Shown: positions 29,159 through 39,646 of the stretch, one piece after another
Numbering within the stretch: position 1 is the first letter of the stretch
How the letters are laid out: every line of letters begins with the position of its first letter
The notes under the pieces: generated by a model
Told to the model about the DNA's origin: nothing
Databases searched by the model: none
Seen by the model: only the letters and a program-made list of their open reading frames with translations
Origin: Cenarchaeum sp.
GTDB lineage: Archaea; Thermoproteota; Nitrososphaeria; Nitrososphaerales; Nitrosopumilaceae
Assembly (NCBI GenBank): GCA_965242695.1
Contig: CBDESU010000001.1
Span: forward strand, 96,001 to 160,000
Direction of reading: 5' to 3'
DNA: 64,000 nucleotides
Position numbers and translations under genes: made by a program

Positions 29159-29657
29159 GCAGTCGGGTCGAACAGACCGCCTATATGTGTTGATATCGTA
29201 ATGACGGGTGACGGCATGGATGGAGGATATCATAACAGGCTCAAGGGTTGACCATGTGGCATATCGTATTGTCGACAACTGTCCAGCGACCGCATCCGTT
29301 GCAGGCCGTGTCGTCTGAACCTAGCGCACGGGAGGGCGCAGCCCTGCCATCCCAAACGCGTGGGGCGGCCTGAGTGGACAGGCCGGCAGGCTGCGCCGGC
29401 TTTGGGCACCTGCGGACGAGCGTCGCATGGCGCGAGGGCCGCACCCGCATGCCAGGGGTTCGGAGCGAGACTGCGGCCGGCCTTGAAAGGGCGGGGGAGG
29501 GAACCGCACTTTGGGGTGCGTGCGGCGTGGGGGCCGACTGGGCGACTCGGCGTGCCGTGCACTGGGCGCCGGCCGCCTCTGCCGCGCAGGGATCGCACCC
29601 TGCCTGATTTGCGGGCCGCCGCCAACCGTTAAATCGCCCCCGCCCGCCCGCCGACGC

Positions 29658-29776
29658 GGGGGAGTAATCAAGCCTGGCCAAAGGAAGCCGGCGGCTTTTG
29701 GAGATGCAGGACTTAAGATCCAAGGTAGGGGATCCTGTCTCTTAGGAGTTCGCGGGTTCGAATCCCGCCTCCCCCA
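29658..29776 (+). tRNA. tRNA-Leu(TAA) with two introns (29684-29703 in the D arm; 29718-29731 at position 37/38)
   Basis: GGGGGAG/CTCCCCC-A acceptor; GCGGG-TTCGAAT-CCCGC T arm; long variable arm. Removing both BHB-bounded inserts restores the ATC/GAT D stem and CAGGA-CTTAAGA-TCCTG. Confidence 0.9.
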
Positions 29777-30022
29777 TCAACTGCCATCCGGGGCCGCCGG
29801 GCCGGACCCTGCCTGACCGCGTACCGCCGCCCTTTCTGGTTGGAGCTCCCGCGGCGGCCCTTCCGGTGGAACGCGCCGCCGCCGCAGGGCCGCCTCCGAC
29901 CAGGACCAATACCCTCCGCCCCACACCGGCCTAGAGGGGACGGATCAGGGTTCATGCCAACGCACTCGACACACGCGACGGCATATGGTTATTAGCGCCC
30001 CTGATCGTTGCTTGCCGTCAGC

Positions 30023-31180
30023 ATGAATTGGTCAGAGATCCGCCTGAAAGACACAGGACCCATAGAACAAGGCACGATCGGCAACAACAGGGTCAACGTG
30101 TTCCTGGGCCCCAACAACTCTGGCAAGTCCATCGCGTCAAGGATCATCTACGGCCTGAGGCAGCTGGACGAGGACGCCCTGCCGCCTGGCCTTGCCGCAG
30201 GACCGCGCATGGACGACTTGAGTGCCGAGGCCGCCGGATCCCTGCTCGCACCCGCCCTGATCGCAAAGAATGCGGGCATCGACGTCGGGGATGTCGCGAC
30301 GCACGGCAAACAGGTAGGGTGGATCGAGGTCTCCAAGGGGGAGGGGCGCACGCTCCGCTTTTCGTTTGAGAGCGGGCCGGGCTCGATGCGGCACAGGCTA
30401 GCACGGCGGGCCGCGGCTGGAATGGACGTCGCCGCATCTCGGGACGCCATATACGTCCCAGCGGGCAGGACGGGCGCCGTGCAATCGCTGCTCTCGCTCA
30501 TGCAGATCAAGAGCGACCTCCTTGACACCGTCTGGCTGGCACAGGGCGAAGGCCGCCCGCAGGGGGCCGGGCATGCGGGGCCGCCGGCGCCGCCGGGCAC
30601 GGGGCGCCGCCGCAGGATGCTCGCACCCGAGTACCTGGAGCGCTTCAACGATCTTGTGCTGGAGGCGGCGTCCGAGGGGCTTGCGGACGAGGCGGAGGGG
30701 CTGCTTTCAAGGCTGTTCGAAGAATCTGTCGGAATGGACGGCTCCGGCCCTCCGCAGGCATGCTGCCGCGACCGGCGCGGCCTTGTCGGCGGAATCGACT
30801 CGGCGGGATCGGGAGCCGCCTCGTCGTTCCCGATAATCGCCGGCATCGACAGGGTCGAGCCGGGCGGGATGCTCATAGTCGAAGAGCCCGAGGCGCACAT
30901 GGAGCCGCTGAGCCAGCAGAGGATGATCGCAGAGCTGGTCGGGGCGGCCGCGGCCAAGGACGTCGGCCTCTTGTTCACTACCCACAGCGAGTACGTGGTG
31001 TACCCGCTCCTGTCCATGGTGGAACGCGGCGACCTGAAGAACGGCGAGCTCGGGATATACCACTTTGACCGCAAGCCCGGCTCGTGCACCCGCATCGAGA
31101 AAATCGGCGTGTCGGAAGACGGCAGGGTGGACAGGGAGCTGTTCGAAGAGGCGCTCGATGCGCTGGGCACAAAGGCCTAG
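30023..31180 (+). CDS. ABC-type ATPase, AAA_15/AAA_21 family (defence-associated type)
   Basis: GPNNSGKS, YVPAGR, AGSG signature variant, LIVEEPEAH, FTTHS, IYHF. Confidence 0.85.
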   Translation: MNWSEIRLKDTGPIEQGTIGNNRVNVFLGPNNSGKSIASRIIYGLRQLDEDALPPGLAAGPRMDDLSAEAAGSLLAPALIAKNAGIDVGDVATHGKQVGWIEVSKGEGRTLRFSFESGPGSMRHRLARRAAAGMDVAASRDAIYVPAGRTGAVQSLLSLMQIKSDLLDTVWLAQGEGRPQGAGHAGPPAPPGTGRRRRMLAPEYLERFNDLVLEAASEGLADEAEGLLSRLFEESVGMDGSGPPQACCRDRRGLVGGIDSAGSGAASSFPIIAGIDRVEPGGMLIVEEPEAHMEPLSQQRMIAELVGAAAAKDVGLLFTTHSEYVVYPLLSMVERGDLKNGELGIYHFDRKPGSCTRIEKIGVSEDGRVDRELFEEALDALGTKA

Positions 31181-32299
31181 GCCGCGCTGCCGCGCGCACG
31201 GCACGGCCTGCCGGCCGACTCGAACCCGCCGGTGGGGATACTGCCAACTGCGGCATGTCCTGCATGCACGGCGCGCTTGCGGGGCGGACGGCGGGAATCT
31301 TGGAAAGAGCGGATCAAAGGCCCGTCGGCAAGGCGATCGCGCCGCCTGTAGCTGCGGCGGTCCGGTACTGCCGGACAGGGTTTGGGAGGAACAGGCGCGG
31401 CATCGGCCCCGCTGCGCGGGCAGGGTTCAGGAAGAGCATCCGCAAGCAAAAGCCTGTGGATGCAAGGCGCACTTTGCGATCCACAAGATCTAGCCGGAAG
31501 ATGGCGGGGAGGATCGGCGGCGGGGGGGGGGGGGCGGCAAGCACGACAGGGCGCACTTTGAGGCACTGGAGGCGGCCGTCTGCAGGGGGAGGCTCGGGGC
31601 ATGCCACGCCGCGTTTGCCTCCGCCGACAGGGCCGCGAGCAGCCGCATGGCCGAGGAGTTTCCTACCTTGATGCGAGGCGAAAGGCTCCCATCGTCGGCG
31701 GCGGGGATGCCCTTGCCGACCTGATCAGGACTAGAGTGAGCGGCATCCCTGACAGCCTCACGGCTGGCGGGCGGCGGGCGGCAGGGGTGCGGCGCGGGCA
31801 AGGGCGAAAGCGAGGGAAAAGGCAAGGGATGGAGAGGCGCCTGCCCTCGCCGGGCCGTCAAGGCCCAAGCCTGCTACAGACGGGGCAAAAGACGCGAGGC
31901 GCGCAGGTGCCGCACCTGCGGCAGGCACGGCCGAGGTGTGGCCGCGGCGCCCTGCGATCGAGGCCCTGCACGGAGCGGCTGCAGCTGGGCGGCCAGAGGG
32001 CCAGTTCGACTAGGGTGCCCGCCCTTCGCCGCCGCCGAACTGCGTCGCGGCGTCGGGCGGAACGGGACGGCCGCCAGCAGGGGCCGCAGATCCTGATGGC
32101 CGCAGCCTGACCCTCCCCGCACACGACCCGTCGACCGTCAACGGAACGATGCTAACCCGTACCGTGATGCCGAGCGATCTCCACTTCCCGCACGCCCTTC
32201 CCCCGTGCTTTTCCATGCCATTGACGGCCCAAACGCGCACGCCGCCGCCGGCCGCTACCCATAAATCAGGCCCGTCTCAACCCGTTGCGGCGGCAAAGT

Positions 32300-34024
32300 A
32301 TGGCGGTTGCAGACGCGGCGGTTGCGGACATGTTCCGCGTGGATCAGAAGCGGGTCAGAATGCTCAACCCCTACGAGGCCGTCGACCTTGCCGCCCGGCT
32401 CATACGCGCCGACGCGTCTGCCTCTGGAATACCATCCTATGTCGTCGACATACCGTTGAACATTACGGCCCCCAACGGGGGCGTCAACGGCACGGCCTCG
32501 GACTCGCCGCGCCAGAGCGCCCGCGGTCTTGTCAAGAGGGGGACGACCGCGTACCTGTTCCGCACGGGCGCGTTCTCTCCCGGATCATCCATTGCCCGCA
32601 TCCTGTTTACCCGGCAGGGTGAGGTAAAGCCCCGCATACGGTCGTGCATCGAGAGGGGCGGCACGCTGGTCGCCCTGCTGTTCGGCTGGGAAGGCACGGA
32701 CCGCATGGACGACGATGCGCTGTCCGAAAGGTTCAAGATGGCCCTTGCGTCAAAGTCGGGCGCGCTGTCAGGCGCCAGTGTAGACGTGTGGGGCCTGGCC
32801 AGGATCGTCGCATCCATAGAGCAGTTTCCGGGGCTTGCCGCCAGCGTGAGCGGCGGAATCCCGGCCGGCATGCCTGTGATGAGCCACAGCAGATGGTCTT
32901 GCGTCCTTGATATGAAGCAGCCGTTCCGGCACGGCAAGGCCGAGGACGGCGCAGTCGAACGGATCAGGGCCCACCTGCGCGGCGGCGGCGACGCGCCAGT
33001 CCATGTAAGGGTGTCGGGGCCTCCCGGGTCGGGCAAGAGTCGGCTGGTCCTAGAGGCCACGCGCGCCGTCGACCTTGCCCCCCGCGTTGTATACGCGGAC
33101 GATGCGTCGGTTGCAATGTCCGCCATCGCGGCACACAGTCGGCGCGCGGGCGGCGCGGGCGGCAGAAGGCTGATCCTCGTGGCCGACGAGTGCAACCCGT
33201 CCGGCCAATCCGACCTGCGGCTCGCTCTTGGGGGAGGCGGGGATGCGGTAGCGGATCTGGTAACGATATACAGCGAGCCCGGAGCCGACGTCCGCACTGC
33301 ACTGCAGGTGGAGGCGCCGGACATGTCCGACGAGCAGATCGCCGAGATACTCGAAGGCTACGCGGGGGGCGGCATCGACGACATAGAGGAATGGGTCGCG
33401 CTCTGCCGGCCCTCCCCGCGCGCCGCCCATATAGTGGGGCGAAACCTGTCCGACAACCCTGACGACATGTTTGCGGATCCTGATGCCGTCCTGGCATGGG
33501 AGCGCTACGTAGCGGGGTGGAGAGAGCTGCGCGGAGGGGAGTACAGGGACAGGCTTGCCGTCCTGCCCTGGCTCGGCCAGTTTACCGAGTTCGGGTTCGA
33601 CGCGCCGCACAAGCGCGACGGAGAACGGATAGCCGAGCTTGTGCGCAGGCACCACCCGGAGATCACCCCGTACAGGTTCCGGGAGGTTGTCCGGACGCTG
33701 CGCTCCATGGGGGTGCTGCGGGGCGGCCCCGTCCTGCACATAGAGCCGCGCATACTGCACGAGTACATGTGGCTCAAGTGGTGGGAGCGCTACCTGCCAT
33801 GCGATGCGCCTTGGCTGCCTCCGGGGAACGAGGGGGGCGAAGGGGACGGCGCCAATGCACATGGAGAGGGAACCGCGGGACATCTGCCGGCCCTGCGCAG
33901 CCGGTACTACAGCATGTTGGAAAGCATGAGGGGCAGGAAGTATGCGGCGCGCGCGGCCGGGGCGCTGTTCGGCAAGGGCGGGCCGCTCGAGGAGGGCGCG
34001 GCATCCGGCGGCGGGACGGGCTAG
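32300..34024 (+). CDS. STAND-like P-loop NTPase with degenerate N-terminal nuclease-like domain; probably truncated
   Basis: Walker A GPPGSGKSRL, Walker B LILVADEC, P.AA..V motif. N-terminal ITAPNGGVNG resembles PDGG.D of PD-(D/E)xK domains. Possible out-of-frame continuation to ~34235. Confidence 0.65.
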   Translation: MAVADAAVADMFRVDQKRVRMLNPYEAVDLAARLIRADASASGIPSYVVDIPLNITAPNGGVNGTASDSPRQSARGLVKRGTTAYLFRTGAFSPGSSIARILFTRQGEVKPRIRSCIERGGTLVALLFGWEGTDRMDDDALSERFKMALASKSGALSGASVDVWGLARIVASIEQFPGLAASVSGGIPAGMPVMSHSRWSCVLDMKQPFRHGKAEDGAVERIRAHLRGGGDAPVHVRVSGPPGSGKSRLVLEATRAVDLAPRVVYADDASVAMSAIAAHSRRAGGAGGRRLILVADECNPSGQSDLRLALGGGGDAVADLVTIYSEPGADVRTALQVEAPDMSDEQIAEILEGYAGGGIDDIEEWVALCRPSPRAAHIVGRNLSDNPDDMFADPDAVLAWERYVAGWRELRGGEYRDRLAVLPWLGQFTEFGFDAPHKRDGERIAELVRRHHPEITPYRFREVVRTLRSMGVLRGGPVLHIEPRILHEYMWLKWWERYLPCDAPWLPPGNEGGEGDGANAHGEGTAGHLPALRSRYYSMLESMRGRKYAARAAGALFGKGGPLEEGAASGGGTG

Positions 34025-34269
34025 CGTCTTTTCGGCCGCCGCCGGGTATGCGGAGGTGGCCGCGGCAGATGCCGGCAACGAGCTCTGCGATGCGCTCGAC
34101 GCTGCGCCCTGCACTGGGACTGCCGGAGATTCTGCTGGATGGCCGCCTGTCTGTCCCGGCGGGGGCCACGCGGGCGCGCCGCGCCCCTGCTCTCCGGGTA
34201 GGGTACTACGCGGGCGCATCCCCTGGAAGGGCTAGTAGCGCCGCGCCCTAGGCTCTCGCCCGCCGCGCG

Positions 34270-35048
34270 CTACGTCCGGCGCACGTTTGCATAGAACAGC
34301 TCTTGGTCGTGCTCGAGCATGTCCCTCGGCGAGCTGCCGCGCCACCCGAAGCGGTCCATGATCTCCAGGGTCTTGTCGAGCGCGATGCGCCCGCACAGGT
34401 CTGTGTCCAGGCAGGAGACGACCGGCGCGGGCCCGAGCTCGATGCGGTCATCGCGCGATGCGTACTCCCTGAAGAACTCGATCCTCCCCTCGCCTAGCAT
34501 CCTCAGCACCCTGCCTCCCATGCCGTCAAGGGACACGGAGACGGCGTACTCCCTTTCGGTGTCGGTGGCCAGGTCGGACGCGAACGCAAACGTCTCGCTC
34601 ATGGTGTACAGCGTCCATACCGGCTCCAGGTACCTCGGGAGCGGGCCGTCCGGCACCCGAAAGGATGCGCGGTGCGGGGCCGGGGACGCATCCTCGGCGA
34701 GGGCCGTGCGCTCCTTGAACCGCCCGTCGCAGTAAAACCTCCACACGCTCGTGCGCCCGAACGCATCGTGGCATGCCTCCGTGTAGGACGGCGTGGTGCG
34801 CGCCGTCCCGTACGGCCCGTCGCCCGGGGCGGATACGCGAACCCGCTGTATGCGACCTGGCAGTTGGCCACGATCCCTGCCAGATCTTCCGGCCGGTAGT
34901 CGCAGGGGGCGGAGCGGGGCTGCATGGATATTGTGCAGTGCCCCTGCCTGGTGATCTTTTCGAGTATGCCGCTCGGACTCGCAGGCTTTTGATCCTGCGT
35001 TTGCTTGCGCCCGTCAAGGCACACGGTTGAGTCCTCTTTGCAGTTCAT
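34270..35048 (-). pseudogene. Frameshifted conserved hypothetical gene
   Basis: Protein-like pieces in different frames: LEKITRQGHCTISMQP..IVANCQV..GFAYP (34599..35048) and WRFYCDGRF..LYTMSETFAFA..FGW (34270..34746). GGAGG precedes ATG 35048. Confidence 0.55.
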
Positions 35049-35786
35049 GGACCTCCTACCTCCACCTCGTATTGGGCATCATGCTCGCCGTCGGGCATGT
35101 CGCACGGCCAGGCGCACTGCCTGTGCATGCGGCGATGCCGCTTAGCTTCCGCCGGATGAACAGGCTCGCGCATGCCGGCATGCTCGAGCCGATCCGCGCC
35201 CTCGGCCTTGAGCCTTGGGCGGCGGTGGATGGAGCCGCGCCGAAGGCAGCCTCTGCACGACCTTCTGTCGTCCCTCTCGCAGGCGATCGGAGTCTCTTTG
35301 GACCCGCTCGCATCCTAGGCGACAAAGTGCCTTTCTGAGCGGGCGGCCTTGCGCATTTCAACACCGGCCGGCGCCTCGGCATGCCCGTTTATAGCAATTC
35401 TGTCCAAATTCCAGGCTCCCTGTCGAGCCGCCCCTCGATCATGTGTTGCGACTGTATTGCCGCATGCTCAATCAGGCGACAGGGCTGTGGCACCCCTCCC
35501 CCGCTTGAGCTTTTTGGCCGTCGGCCCCCCTTGCGTCCTGTGCGCCAGCTGCCGGCGATCACGTGCCGGCAAACCTCCGGCATGTACGGGCTACGCCCGC
35601 CATCGCACCCGCCCTTCCTTGCCGCTTCCCTGCCCGACACTAGCCCCCTCCCCTATGCGCCGAATTGCCGCACCGGATCGGGCGCTGCGGGAAGGCGTGC
35701 GGGCGTGCGCCGGATCCGCGCCGGATCCGGCCCCCAATTCCCGCGCCGCCGCAACGCGGTTATACGCCCACATGCGGCCGGCCGCG

Positions 35787-36986
35787 TTGGAGTACGACAA
35801 GATAGCCCTTGCAAACGTCGGGCCGATCAGGGATGGGATCATCCACAGGGACAAGATGAGCGTGTTCATAGGCCCAAACAACGCCGGCAAGACGATTGCC
35901 GCCAGGATCATACACGGAGTATGCCAAGCGGCCGAGCCGGGGCGGCGGCGACGCCGGCCGGCCCCGGCCGGATCCGCGTCTCCGTCGGGCAGGGGACGCG
36001 GAAACGCGACCGAGTCCGCCGCGGATGCCATAACGGTGATCCGCCATGCGGGGCTGCGGCCAGACGACCTGCCTACGCACGGCAGGAGGACGTCGTCGCT
36101 ATCCGTGCACGGCCCGAGCGGGCGGAAAAGAAGGCTCGATCTTATGTCCGCCGGGGACAGCCCCCTGGCCCGCAGCGTGTCTCTTGCAGAGGATCACGGC
36201 GGGGGCGACGCAGGGCGGAGCGTGTACCTCCCGGCGACCCGGGCGGGCGGAATCCGGCACATAATGAACAGCATGAGGACGATCGGGAGGATTGCCAACA
36301 TACAGAGCAACATGCTCAACCAGATGCTGGCGGCGGCCGGGGCGGGGGTGCAAGCCTTCCGGTCAGGATCATCGCATGCCGACACTGCTGGCCAGCTGCT
36401 TGCAGAAGCCCCCGTGGACGGCCTGGAACAGTACGTCGGCATAGTGATGGAAGTTCTGGAGGGCGGGCTCGACGAAAAGGCGCAGGGCACTCTTGGCAGG
36501 CTGCTTCCGGGCTCGATCCAGGTCGAGGAGCGCCTTGGCATGCCCGTCGTCACATACGCGGATCCGTCGGGACACCGCGCCGAGATCGGGCACGCCGGCT
36601 CGGGCGCAGGCTCGCTGCTCGCGCTGGCCGCGGGGATGCACCGGGTGGGGCCGGGAGGTACCTTCATAGTGGAAGAGCCCGAGTCCCACCTGGAGCCGCA
36701 GGCGCAGCTCGCAGTGATCGACGAGATGCTGCGCGCCGCCGACGAGAACAAGATCGGCGTGGTGATCACCACCCAGAGCGACTTTCTGGTGCAAAAGGTG
36801 CTGTCGCTGGTGTCGAGCGGGCGCATGGACAGATCCGACCTGGGCCTGTACTACTTTGACCGGCCGCCCGGCAAGCTCACGAGCGTCCAGAGGCTGCGCG
36901 TGGACGAGACCGGCGAGGCCGAGCAGGAGATGTCCACAAGGGCGATCAATTCGCTGATCGCCGGGTTCTCGGGGCCGACTGCATGA
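35787..36986 (+). CDS. ABC-type ATPase, AAA_15/AAA_21 family (paralog of 30023..31180)
   Basis: NVGPI, FIGPNNAGKT, YLPATR, AGSG, FIVEEPESHLEP, ITTQS, LYYF. TTATA at 35759 favours TTG 35787 (or ATG 35772) over 35349. Confidence 0.85.
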   Translation: MEYDKIALANVGPIRDGIIHRDKMSVFIGPNNAGKTIAARIIHGVCQAAEPGRRRRRPAPAGSASPSGRGRGNATESAADAITVIRHAGLRPDDLPTHGRRTSSLSVHGPSGRKRRLDLMSAGDSPLARSVSLAEDHGGGDAGRSVYLPATRAGGIRHIMNSMRTIGRIANIQSNMLNQMLAAAGAGVQAFRSGSSHADTAGQLLAEAPVDGLEQYVGIVMEVLEGGLDEKAQGTLGRLLPGSIQVEERLGMPVVTYADPSGHRAEIGHAGSGAGSLLALAAGMHRVGPGGTFIVEEPESHLEPQAQLAVIDEMLRAADENKIGVVITTQSDFLVQKVLSLVSSGRMDRSDLGLYYFDRPPGKLTSVQRLRVDETGEAEQEMSTRAINSLIAGFSGPTA

Positions 36987-37746
36987 TTCAGATGTCCAGC
37001 GCGGCACCCGTCGTCGATGCAAGCATGCTGCCGACGATCGCAAGGGACGGCGGCTCTAGCGTCCTGGCGGCCGCGCTCTGCCAGTGGATATCCTCGGTGG
37101 CACAGAGGACCTGGCCGAGGCCGCGCTCTCGAGCGGTTGCGGCCGGGCAGGCTGGCCTGCCGGCCGTGCAGTGTGCTGGCCTCCCAGAGGCGTGCGGGAC
37201 GCCGCCAAGGCCGGGAGCCGGCCGGCGCCGGCCCTGACGTAGCGGCGCACCCCGCCGCAATCTACTGCGCACCTGCGTCTCCTGGCGGGCCGGATTCCCA
37301 CACGCGACGCGCCGGGCTCCATGCGATGCGGGCGCGGCCGCCCGGCACCCTATCCCCGCGTCCCGCCTGTCGCAGTCCTGCGCGGCCTGCACCAGCCTGC
37401 GCGCAAGGTGCGGGAACGTGCCGCCTGCGCGACCGGGCGCCCCGCGCGGGTCGATGCGAGCCGCCTTGACCATGCCGTCCGCCCCTGTAGCCGCGATCCT
37501 CCCTGCAGCCGGTCTCCTGCGCCCTGCGGTGCGGACGCCCTGCCGCCGCCTGCCGCCGCCCGGGCCTCGACTCGCCCCCCCCCGGCCCTGGCGCGCCCAT
37601 GCCGCGCCTCCTGCCCCCTTGCGATCGCCCCCCGCCCCCCCCCCTGCGCCGCCTCCGCCCGCAGGCATCCCTCTCCCCTCGGCCCCCCGCGCCGCGCGCC
37701 CGCGCGACAGCCTTTAATACAAGCCGTGCCGAGTTGAGTTGCACGA

Positions 37747-38055
37747 ATGGCGGTAATATGCAACACCTGCGGCCTCCCAGAGGACCTGTGCGCATGCGGG
37801 GACTTGGCAAAGGACAGCGCCAAGATCATCATACGGCTCGAGACGCGCCGCTTTCGGAAGAAGGGTACGATGATAGACGGCCTGGACCCAAAGATGCACA
37901 ACCTTGACGACGTCGCCAAGGAGCTCAAGAACAAGTACGCCTGCGGGGGGACCGCCAAGGAGGGCTACGTGTTCCTCCAGGGCGACCACCGCGACACGAT
38001 CAAGGAAGAGCTCGTCCGCCTCGGCTTTGCCGAGTCGAGCATAGAGCTGCACTAG
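37747..38055 (+). CDS. Translation initiation factor aIF-1 (SUI1/YciH family)
   Basis: C..CGLP.DLC.C, RRFRKKGT.I.G, LK.K.ACGGT.K.G...LQGDH; TTTAATA upstream. Confidence 0.95.
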   Translation: MAVICNTCGLPEDLCACGDLAKDSAKIIIRLETRRFRKKGTMIDGLDPKMHNLDDVAKELKNKYACGGTAKEGYVFLQGDHRDTIKEELVRLGFAESSIELH

Positions 38056-38083
38056 GCGCGGCCGCCCCTGCGGGTGCTGTGCC

Positions 38084-39292
38084 ATGCCGGATGCAGGCGG
38101 GGACGGGAGAGGCGCGGGCGGCCCGGCCGCGGCGCGCGCCGCGAGGCTGCTAGCCGTCCCGCACTCGGCCATGGTGTCCGTCGTGTTCGGGATGATGGCC
38201 CTCTCGTTCCCGCTCGGCGCATACGTCGTGTTCTCGACCTCCTGGCCCGGCGGCGGGATCGTCGACCACGGCTACCCGATCGGCTCGCTCGGCCTGTTCG
38301 CCGCCGGCCTGGGATTCGAGGTGCCCGCCGCCGGCGTGCGCCTCGGCGATGCCTTTACTGCACTGTGGTGCGCGTACGCCGCGCTCTTTGCGCTCGCCGC
38401 GCTCGGCCCCTGCCGCGGGCTGTACGCCGAGCTGTCGGCTGCGATGGGGCACTCGGGCCGGAATCGCGCCGGGGCGGGCGTGTACAGCGGGGGGCGGCCC
38501 ACATGCGAGAACTACATGCATGCGGCCGTCCGGTGGTTCGCCGTGCTGGTGCTCGCCTCGGCCGCGATCGCAACCCTCCAGGCGCATGCGGGGGTGCCGG
38601 CGGCCGAGCCGCCGGCCGGCGACGAGATGCTGCGGTTCTTCGAGGCCGCAAAGGCGCCGATCGCCGAGGAGATCGGCTTTCGCGTCGCGCTGATCGGCGT
38701 TCCCCTCTTCCTTGCATGCGCCGGCGCGGCGTCCGTACGGTCGCTTGCGCGAGTACTGTGGCACCCGCACCGGCACCTGCCGCGCACGCGGCGGACGCGC
38801 CGCGCCGCGGCGGCGCTCATCGCGGGCACTGCAGTGTTCTTTGGCGCAGCGCACGTGCTGTCCGGCGAGCCGTGGGGCATCGGCAAGCTGGCTCAGGCGA
38901 CCGCAAGCGGCGCGATACTCGGGTGGGTGTACTACCGGCACGGGCTTGCGCCGGCAATACTCGTGCACTGGGCGGCAAACTACTTTGTCTTTTCGTACGC
39001 GTACTATGCGGCCCTGGCCACTTCCACGACGGCGGCCGCTGCGTTTGACCATCCGATGCTGCGCACGCTAGAGGGCGTGTTCGTTGCGGCAGGCGCGGTC
39101 GCGCTTGCCCTGATCGTGCTCGGGCGGATGGCGGAGAGGAGGGGGCGGGCGCCGCGCGGCGGCGACGGCAGCGATGGGGGAGGCGCGAAGCTGTACGCCC
39201 TGCCGGCGCTGGCGCCTCCCCCCGACCTGGCCGCACCGCCGTGGATGGGGCAGCCGCCGCCGGAGCAGGGACGGGAGCTGCGGTCGGGCTAG
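38084..39292 (+). CDS. CPBP-family (CAAX/Abi) intramembrane metalloprotease
   Basis: Multiple TM segments; APIAEEIGFR, FFGAAH, AILVHWAAN motifs. Confidence 0.85.
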   Translation: MPDAGGDGRGAGGPAAARAARLLAVPHSAMVSVVFGMMALSFPLGAYVVFSTSWPGGGIVDHGYPIGSLGLFAAGLGFEVPAAGVRLGDAFTALWCAYAALFALAALGPCRGLYAELSAAMGHSGRNRAGAGVYSGGRPTCENYMHAAVRWFAVLVLASAAIATLQAHAGVPAAEPPAGDEMLRFFEAAKAPIAEEIGFRVALIGVPLFLACAGAASVRSLARVLWHPHRHLPRTRRTRRAAAALIAGTAVFFGAAHVLSGEPWGIGKLAQATASGAILGWVYYRHGLAPAILVHWAANYFVFSYAYYAALATSTTAAAAFDHPMLRTLEGVFVAAGAVALALIVLGRMAERRGRAPRGGDGSDGGGAKLYALPALAPPPDLAAPPWMGQPPPEQGRELRSG

Positions 39293-39359
39293 GAGGCGGG
39301 GGCGGCATTCGCGCCGCCGCGGATATTTCAGCTGGAGTGCCGGGCCGTCGACGGTGCGG

Positions 39360-39462
39360 CTGCGCCGGGCAGCAGGGGGCGAGGCGGCGCCCGTGTGGGC
39401 GGCAAGCACATGCTCCCAGGCTGTCGCCATCTGCGCCGGGCAGCAGGGGGCGAGGCGGCGCC
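39360..39462. repeat. Two identical 32-bp direct repeats (CTGCGCCGGGCAGCAGGGGGCGAGGCGGCGCC) 39 bp apart
   Basis: Copies at 39360-39391 and 39431-39462. Confidence 0.85.
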
Positions 39463-39646
39463 AGACATCGCCTGTCTGCAGGGCAGCGGCGGCGCCTCGG
39501 CCGCCTCGCTAGCAACTGCCGACTTCTGGTCCTAGCGCCTGGCGCGGGAAGGGAATGGAGACGGCGCAGCCGCCTACTCTTCCGCCTGAGGCGTGGCCGA
39601 CGGCGGGCGCAATGCTGCCCGCCGCGGCCGCCGCTGCGCCGATATA

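Noticed and set aside
31212-31232. T-arm-like GCGGGTTCGAGTC on the minus strand as a possible att site
   Set aside because: Short, stem does not pair, inverted relative to tRNA-Leu, and no integrase present.
31180-32280. Short ORFs and a G-run (31522-31534) downstream of the first ATPase
   Set aside because: No coherent protein signature; possibly decayed genes but not supportable.
35349-35786. Long N-terminal extension of the second ATPase (also 29159-29278 and 26331-26384 for neighbouring genes)
   Set aside because: Low-complexity, absent from the paralog, and TATA positions indicate later starts.
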